Assembly: GCA_019637265.1 (NCBI GenBank)
Contig: JAHBVY010000010.1
Span: 2,151 to 66,150, forward strand
Length of the DNA: 64,000 nucleotides
Source of the DNA: Polyangiaceae bacterium
Lineage (GTDB): Bacteria; Myxococcota_A; Polyangia; Polyangiales; Polyangiaceae
Direction: 5' to 3'
Under the pieces are notes generated by a model, which saw nothing but the letters and a program-made list of their open reading frames with translations, made no database searches and was not told the origin of the DNA. Made by a program: the position numbers and the translations under genes. Positions 58,944 through 64,000 of the stretch are shown in pieces. Every line of letters starts with the position of its first letter. The first letter of the stretch is position 1.

Positions 58944-59531
58944 TCAGCCGCCGCGCTTCAGCTCGGTGAGCACCAGCTTGGAGACGGCCTTGAGGGTATC
59001 GAACACGCCCTCACCGGTGCGCGCCTTGGCCTCGTAATCGGGCACGCCCATCGGGTTCAACAGCGACCGCAGCTCCTCCACGTCCACCACGTTGGGGAGG
59101 TCCCGCTTGTTGTACTGGATCACGTAGGGGACCTTCTCGAGCGAGTACCCCTGCTGCGCGAGGTTGGTGCGCAGGTTGTCGACGCTCTCCTGGTTCGCCT
59201 CGAGCCGCTCGATCTGCGAATCCGCCACGAAGATGACGCCGTCCACCCCCTTCAAGATCAGCTTCCGGCTGGCGTCGTAGAACACCTGCCCGGGCACCGT
59301 GTAGAGGTGGAAGCGCGTCTTGAAGCCGCGGATTTCCCCAAGGGAAAGCGGCAGGAAGTCGAAGAAGAGCGTGCGATCCGTGTCCGTCGCCAGGCTGATC
59401 ATCTTGCCCTTGGCGTCCGGATTGGTGCGCTCGTAGATGTACTGCAGGTTGGTCGTCTTCCCGCAGAGGCCAGGCCCGTAGTAGACGATCTTGCAGTTGA
59501 TCTCTCGGGCCATGTAGTTGATGAAGCTCAT
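58944..59531 (-). CDS. mglA: gliding-motility Ras-like GTPase MglA
   Basis: '[31 protein letters not shown]', '[28 protein letters not shown]', 'IQYNKRDLP'. The residues are nearly identical to Myxococcus xanthus MglA. Confidence 0.95.
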   Translation of the reverse strand: MSFINYMAREINCKIVYYGPGLCGKTTNLQYIYERTNPDAKGKMISLATDTDRTLFFDFLPLSLGEIRGFKTRFHLYTVPGQVFYDASRKLILKGVDGVIFVADSQIERLEANQESVDNLRTNLAQQGYSLEKVPYVIQYNKRDLPNVVDVEELRSLLNPMGVPDYEAKARTGEGVFDTLKAVSKLVLTELKRGG

Positions 59532-59700
59532 CGCACGCTACCTCACCTGGCTCACGCTTGGCTCGTCGAGAGCCGAGTGCTGAATGTCTACTGGTTGACG
59601 CCTGGCTCTTTGCCGCGCTCTGTCTGGTTGGCGCAGGGTCTCGTCGGCTGAGGGCCTCGTAGGCTGGGCAGCGACGAGGGCCTGCAGCGCGGCCATAGGC

Positions 59701-60198
59701 TCAGTCGTTGAAGAGGTTGTCGATGTCTTCGTCGGTGATCTCGGCGAAGGGCGAGTCGCTCCCGGGCTCCTGCACCTTGCTGAGCAGCGCCTCGAAGATC
59801 CGATTCAGCTCGTCGCTGGCCTTGCGCACGCGGAGCCGCACCAAGCCGAGGCTCGACTTCGAGTCGAAGATCACCACCAGGATGACGCGGTTGCCCACCA
59901 GCTGAATGTGGATGTTCGCGTTCTCGCCCTCGTGGAACTGAGTGGCGAACTCATTCTCCCGGAGGAGCTTCGCGATGCCCCCCGTGGCCGCGATGTTGCC
60001 CGCCGTGAGCGACGCGAGCGACGTGGTGTCGATGTTGTCCACCTCACCGCTCGCGGCGATGAGTTGACCGTTTTTGTCGACGATGAAGACGACCCTGGCG
60101 TTCGCTTCCCGAACCAGGCGGTCCACGACCGTCTGGATCTGGTTGAACTCCTCCTCGTACATCACCATCTGAGGGTTGACCATCAGCGCCTCCACCAA
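59701..60198 (-). CDS. mglB: MglB, Roadblock/LC7-family GAP of MglA
   Basis: 'VMYEEEFNQIQTVVDRLVREANARVVFIVDKNGQLIAASG' and an acidic C-terminal tail. It sits immediately upstream of mglA. The true start may be one of the Met at codons 6-13. Confidence 0.9.
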   Translation of the reverse strand: MVEALMVNPQMVMYEEEFNQIQTVVDRLVREANARVVFIVDKNGQLIAASGEVDNIDTTSLASLTAGNIAATGGIAKLLRENEFATQFHEGENANIHIQLVGNRVILVVIFDSKSSLGLVRLRVRKASDELNRIFEALLSKVQEPGSDSPFAEITDEDIDNLFND

Positions 60199-60855
60199 GT
60201 TGCCGCCGGAGGCAACGCCTCGGCGACGAACGCGCGCCCTAAGGGGCAGCGTCAGGGACCCTATATGAGCCGCCCGCTACCAGCAAGCGGTTCGCTCGGC
60301 CTTTGTGACCGAAGCCTCCATGACCCAGCCTCGTGATCAGCGATTCCGGTGAAACCCTGCGAGCTACAGTGGAGCCGCGAGGCAGCCGAGCCGCAGTAGC
60401 CACACGGCGGCCAGGGCGCCTGCCAGGGTCGCGCGCTGGGCGGCAGGTTCGGCGCCACGCAGCGCGCTGCCAAACCCCCAAAAACCAAACCGCCAAGCGC
60501 CCCGTGAAACCCGCTCGCTCCGGCCTGCCCCCACGCTCACCCGCCCCCTCCCCGTGCGCCGCGAACGTCGGCGCTGAGCGTGGCGTCCGGAGGTTCGATC
60601 GGGGGTTCACTCCCTCCTAGTACATGCTGCGGCCATTTGAGAGATGCCGTTCATGCGCCGCGCGCCGCTTGGATCACGGTCCTCGACCTCATGGGCGTCT
60701 CCGTGCGGCCTTGAAGGAGCGTTTGTAGAGCCGCGAGGCGTTGAAGAGCTGGTTGGACGGGTAATCACCGCGACGCGCCGCACGTAGCCTCATGCGGCAC
60801 TTGCCACCCGCCCGGTGGGATCGACATCTCCCCGCGCCAAGGGTAGGAGGCGGGC

Positions 60856-63800
60856 GTGAAGGTCTCAAACCAGGGATCGCCTCGGGTGAGGGGCGCCCTA
60901 TCGCGCGGGGCGCGGCGTCCGGTCCGCCGCCCGGGAGTGACGGCGCTCGCGATGGCGCTCGTGGCCCTGGGGTTGGGCGCGCCACGAGAGGCGCGCGCCG
61001 AGTGGTTCCACCCCGCGCTCGAGCGGAGCGCCGAGGAGCTGAAACAGCTGAACCCGCGCGCCGCCCGGGGCGCTCACGCCTACGCGGCGCTGCGTGAGCT
61101 GTGGTCGACCTGGGATCGCGCCAACCCAACTCAGGTGGAGCAGCTGCTCCGACTAGCAGCGGAGGACCCGCGCCTCGCGCCGTCACCTCGCGCCTACGCG
61201 GGGATCTTGGCGGCCTACGCGCGGATGCGGCGCGGCGACTTCACCGCCGCGCGCCGAGAGCTCCGCGCCCTCGGCTTCGTCGATCGCTGGCTCGTGGTGG
61301 GTCCCTTCGACAACGAGGGGAAGGCGGGGCTCGGGCAGGCGTTCCAGCCGGAGCTCGAGCTGGCGGAGGCGATCGTCCCCGGGCGCGCCTACTCGGGGAA
61401 GGAGCGCCCGGTGCGCTGGCGCGAGGTACCCGACGCGTTCCCTGACGGTTGGGTGGACTTGGGCTCGCTGCTCCGACCCCAGCAGCGGATCTGCGGGTAC
61501 CTGACGAGCTTCGTGCGGAGCCGCTCGGGCAAGCCGCGGACCATCAGCGCTTGGGTTGGCGCGGGAGGCAGCTTCAAGCTGTTCTGGAACGGGCGCCAGG
61601 TGCTCTCGGACGAAGCCTACCGTGGCTACGACGCAGAGCGCTTCGCGACCCAGGTGCCGCTCGCCGCCGGCTACAACCAGCTGACGCTGAAGCTGTGCGG
61701 TGATCAGAGCGCGCCGCTCGGCAGCGTGCGCCTGGCGGACGCCTCCGGGAGCCCCGATCCGGATTTGGAGCTCTCGGGCTCGCTCGAGCACAGCGCGCAG
61801 GCAGCGGAGAACGTGGCGCGGCCCGGCGCTCGAGGCGTGGAGCAGGTCGCGCCCAAGGGCGTCTTCGGCGCGGTGCAGGCATTCGAGGAGAGCATCGCGG
61901 GGAAGCCGAGCGCCGCGGCGCTGCACGCCTACGCACGGTACCTTTACCTGACCAGTGGCGACGACGCGAAGGAGCACTGGGCGCGGGACTACGCGCGCCG
62001 CGCGGCGGAGGCCGAGCCCACGGTGGAGCGGCTGCTGCTCGCCGGCGAGCTAGCGGAGGATCGCAACAAGTACGCGAGCTGGCTCACCAAGGCCGAGGCG
62101 CTGGCGAAGGAGGACGACGTCAGGGTGCTGCTCGCCCGCGCGCGGCTGCTCCGCACCAGCCCCAGCTGGCGCGACGCGGTGCCCTACTACGATCGCGTGC
62201 TGGCGCTCGCGCCGGACGATCTCGAGGCGCTGCAGGGCCGCGTGGAGCTCTACAACGAGGCGGGGCTGCGGCAGACGGCGCTCGCCACGTTGGAGCGCGC
62301 CGCCATGCGCAACCCGAGCTCGGTGACGCTGCTCAACATGTACGCCTCGCAGCTGAAGGCGCTGGGGCGCAGCGTGGAGGCAGACGAAGTGGAGCGGCGC
62401 TACGCCGCGGGGCATCAGGACGACCGCACCTACCTCACCCAGGTCATCTCGCTGGCCGTAGCGCGCCGCGACCGCGACGCGGCGCAGCACTGGATCAACC
62501 GCCTGCTCGAGGTGGATCCGGACAGTCAGTGGGCGCGCGGGGTGAGCGCCACCACGGCGGTGATGCTGGGTGAGCCCGAGCGGGCGCTGGTGGCGTACCG
62601 CGCGGCGCTGACCTTGGCGCCGGAGGACGTGGGCACGCTGCGCGCGCTGGCGGATTTGCAAGGTCGCTTGGGGCAACGTGAGGAGCAGGTGGCGCTCCTC
62701 CGGCAGATCCTCCAAGTGCGGCCTCAAGATCAGGACGTGCGCCAGTACCTGGAGCACATCGAGCCACCCAAGGCGCGCGCGGACGAAGCCTACGCGTGGT
62801 CGCCCGCGCGGTTCTTGAAAGACCGCTTGGCACCAGCGAAGGGCGAGGCGCGCCGCACCTTGGTGGACCTCACCGTGACCACGGTGTTCGACAACGGGCT
62901 GAGCAGCAGCTTCCGCCAGGTGGTGTTCCAGCCGCTCACCAACGCCGCCGCGGCCAGCTCTCGTCAGTATGCCTTCCAATATCAGGCGGACTCGCAGCGA
63001 GTGCAGCTGCGCGGCGCGCGGGTGCACCGCGCCGACGGCTCGGTGGACGAGGCCGTCGAGAGCGGCGAGGCCGCCGCGGACAACCCGGCGATCGCCATGT
63101 ACACCTCCGCGCGGAATTTCTACGTGCAGTTCCCGCGGCTCGAGCCAGGGGACGTGGTGGAGCTGCGCTACCGCGTCGATGACGTGACGCCGGTCAATGA
63201 GTTCGCGGACTACTTCGGGGCCGTGGAGTACCTGCAATCGAGCGAACCAGTGGGGCACGCCGAGTACGTGCTGATCGCGCCGAAGCGCCGCACGCTCCAC
63301 ATCGACACGGTGCGGCTCCCGGGGCTGAAGCGTCAGCGGCAAGATCGCGGCGATCAGCAGATCCACCGCTTCCAGATGTCGAAGGTGGCCAAGGTCGCGG
63401 CGGAGCCTTCGATGCCGCCGTGGTCGGAGGTGCTCGGCTTCGTGCACGTCTCCACCTTCAAGGACTGGCGCGCCATGGGGCGCTGGTATTGGGGCCTCGC
63501 GAAGGATCAGTTCGACCTGGACGACGAGACGCGACGCCTGGTGCGGCAGATCACCCAGGGGAAGACGACGCGCCTCGAGCAGGTGAAGGCGGTGTACGCG
63601 TGGGTGACCGAGAACACGCGCTACGTGGCGCTCGAGTTCGGGATCTACGGCTACAAGCCGCGGCGCTGCGTGCAGACGGTGGCGCGCGGCTGGGGCGACT
63701 GCAAGGACAAGGCGACGGTCATCGTCTCCATGCTGCGCGAGCTCGGCATCGACTCCACCATCGTGATTTTGCGCACGGGAATGCGCGGCCGCTTCAGCTC

Positions 63801-64000
63801 GAGCGTGGCGAGCCTGGCGCCGTTCGATCACGCCATCGCCTACGTGCCGGAGCTCGACCTCTACTTGGACGGCACGGCGGAGTTCGCCGGGATAAACGAG
63901 CTCCCATCGATGGACCTCGGCGCGCTGGGTCTGCTGGTGAACGAGGGCAATAGTAAGCTCGTGACACTACCCGAGGTGGACCCGCGCGCCGCGCAGACGC
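60856..64000 (+). CDS. secreted TPR-repeat protein with DUF3857-like and transglutaminase-like cysteine-protease domains (3' end beyond window)
   Basis: GTG start preceded by GGAGG, signal peptide '...ALAMALVALGLGAPREARA', multiple TPR repeats, then 'GWGDCKDKATVIVSMLRELG...DHAIAYV' (transglutaminase-core Cys/His). It is not in the ORF track because there is no stop in the window. Confidence 0.75.
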   Translation, partial: MKVSNQGSPRVRGALSRGARRPVRRPGVTALAMALVALGLGAPREARAEWFHPALERSAEELKQLNPRAARGAHAYAALRELWSTWDRANPTQVEQLLRLAAEDPRLAPSPRAYAGILAAYARMRRGDFTAARRELRALGFVDRWLVVGPFDNEGKAGLGQAFQPELELAEAIVPGRAYSGKERPVRWREVPDAFPDGWVDLGSLLRPQQRICGYLTSFVRSRSGKPRTISAWVGAGGSFKLFWNGRQVLSDEAYRGYDAERFATQVPLAAGYNQLTLKLCGDQSAPLGSVRLADASGSPDPDLELSGSLEHSAQAAENVARPGARGVEQVAPKGVFGAVQAFEESIAGKPSAAALHAYARYLYLTSGDDAKEHWARDYARRAAEAEPTVERLLLAGELAEDRNKYASWLTKAEALAKEDDVRVLLARARLLRTSPSWRDAVPYYDRVLALAPDDLEALQGRVELYNEAGLRQTALATLERAAMRNPSSVTLLNMYASQLKALGRSVEADEVERRYAAGHQDDRTYLTQVISLAVARRDRDAAQHWINRLLEVDPDSQWARGVSATTAVMLGEPERALVAYRAALTLAPEDVGTLRALADLQGRLGQREEQVALLRQILQVRPQDQDVRQYLEHIEPPKARADEAYAWSPARFLKDRLAPAKGEARRTLVDLTVTTVFDNGLSSSFRQVVFQPLTNAAAASSRQYAFQYQADSQRVQLRGARVHRADGSVDEAVESGEAAADNPAIAMYTSARNFYVQFPRLEPGDVVELRYRVDDVTPVNEFADYFGAVEYLQSSEPVGHAEYVLIAPKRRTLHIDTVRLPGLKRQRQDRGDQQIHRFQMSKVAKVAAEPSMPPWSEVLGFVHVSTFKDWRAMGRWYWGLAKDQFDLDDETRRLVRQITQGKTTRLEQVKAVYAWVTENTRYVALEFGIYGYKPRRCVQTVARGWGDCKDKATVIVSMLRELGIDSTIVILRTGMRGRFSSSVASLAPFDHAIAYVPELDLYLDGTAEFAGINELPSMDLGALGLLVNEGNSKLVTLPEVDPRAAQT

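Noticed and set aside
60689-61186. 165-aa minus-strand ORF
   Set aside because: Ala/Pro/Arg-rich (about 60% of its residues). It overlaps the signal-peptide region of the well-supported plus-strand TPR gene.
62050-63831. 593-aa minus-strand ORF
   Set aside because: It is antisense to the TPR/transglutaminase gene and has typical high-GC antisense composition (Arg/Ala/Leu/His-rich) with no motif.

Overview
This is a 64 kb, ~70% GC chromosomal segment that is almost certainly from a myxobacterium (Myxococcales). The taxonomic anchors are an mglB-mglA gliding-motility GTPase/GAP pair (58944..60198, minus strand) that is nearly identical in sequence to Myxococcus MglA/MglB, and a secreted S1 protease ending in a MYXO-CTERM sorting tail (GCS..LLGLLGLAFRRRR). 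Genes are densely packed on both strands. Most are housekeeping: purL, bcp, pntAB, a ribE-ribBA-ribH-nusB riboflavin operon, alr, RNase E/G, an acyl-CoA dehydrogenase, and an ABC exporter. These are interleaved with many predicted lipoproteins and secreted proteins: a beta-propeller/di-haem peroxidase pair, a TonB-dependent receptor, a CAP-domain protein, an SGNH hydrolase, and Gly/Ser-rich lipoproteins. One intact IS66-family insertion sequence (tnpA-tnpB-tnpC) with 21/23-bp terminal inverted repeats and a perfect 8-bp target-site duplication sits between a Ser/Thr kinase gene and purL. The most unusual locus is a three-gene co-directional operon at 30171..38502: a YqiJ/NfeD-like membrane protein, a flotillin (SPFH) protein, and a ~1770-aa protein whose only recognisable module is a C-terminal MoxR/dynein-clade AAA+ ATPase. 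Other things worth a second look are a zinc-ribbon plus archaeal-type histone-fold protein (18301..18957), a dispersed 16-mer GGTGCCGTCCAACCCC(+C/A tail) found in the same orientation in 5' regions of at least four operons, a palindromic hairpin element GTAGGGGCGGGTTTCAAACCCGCCCGC in three copies, and several local tandem duplications. I found no rRNA, tRNA or CRISPR. All calls rest on reading the translated ORFs and the sequence for motifs; no database search was possible.
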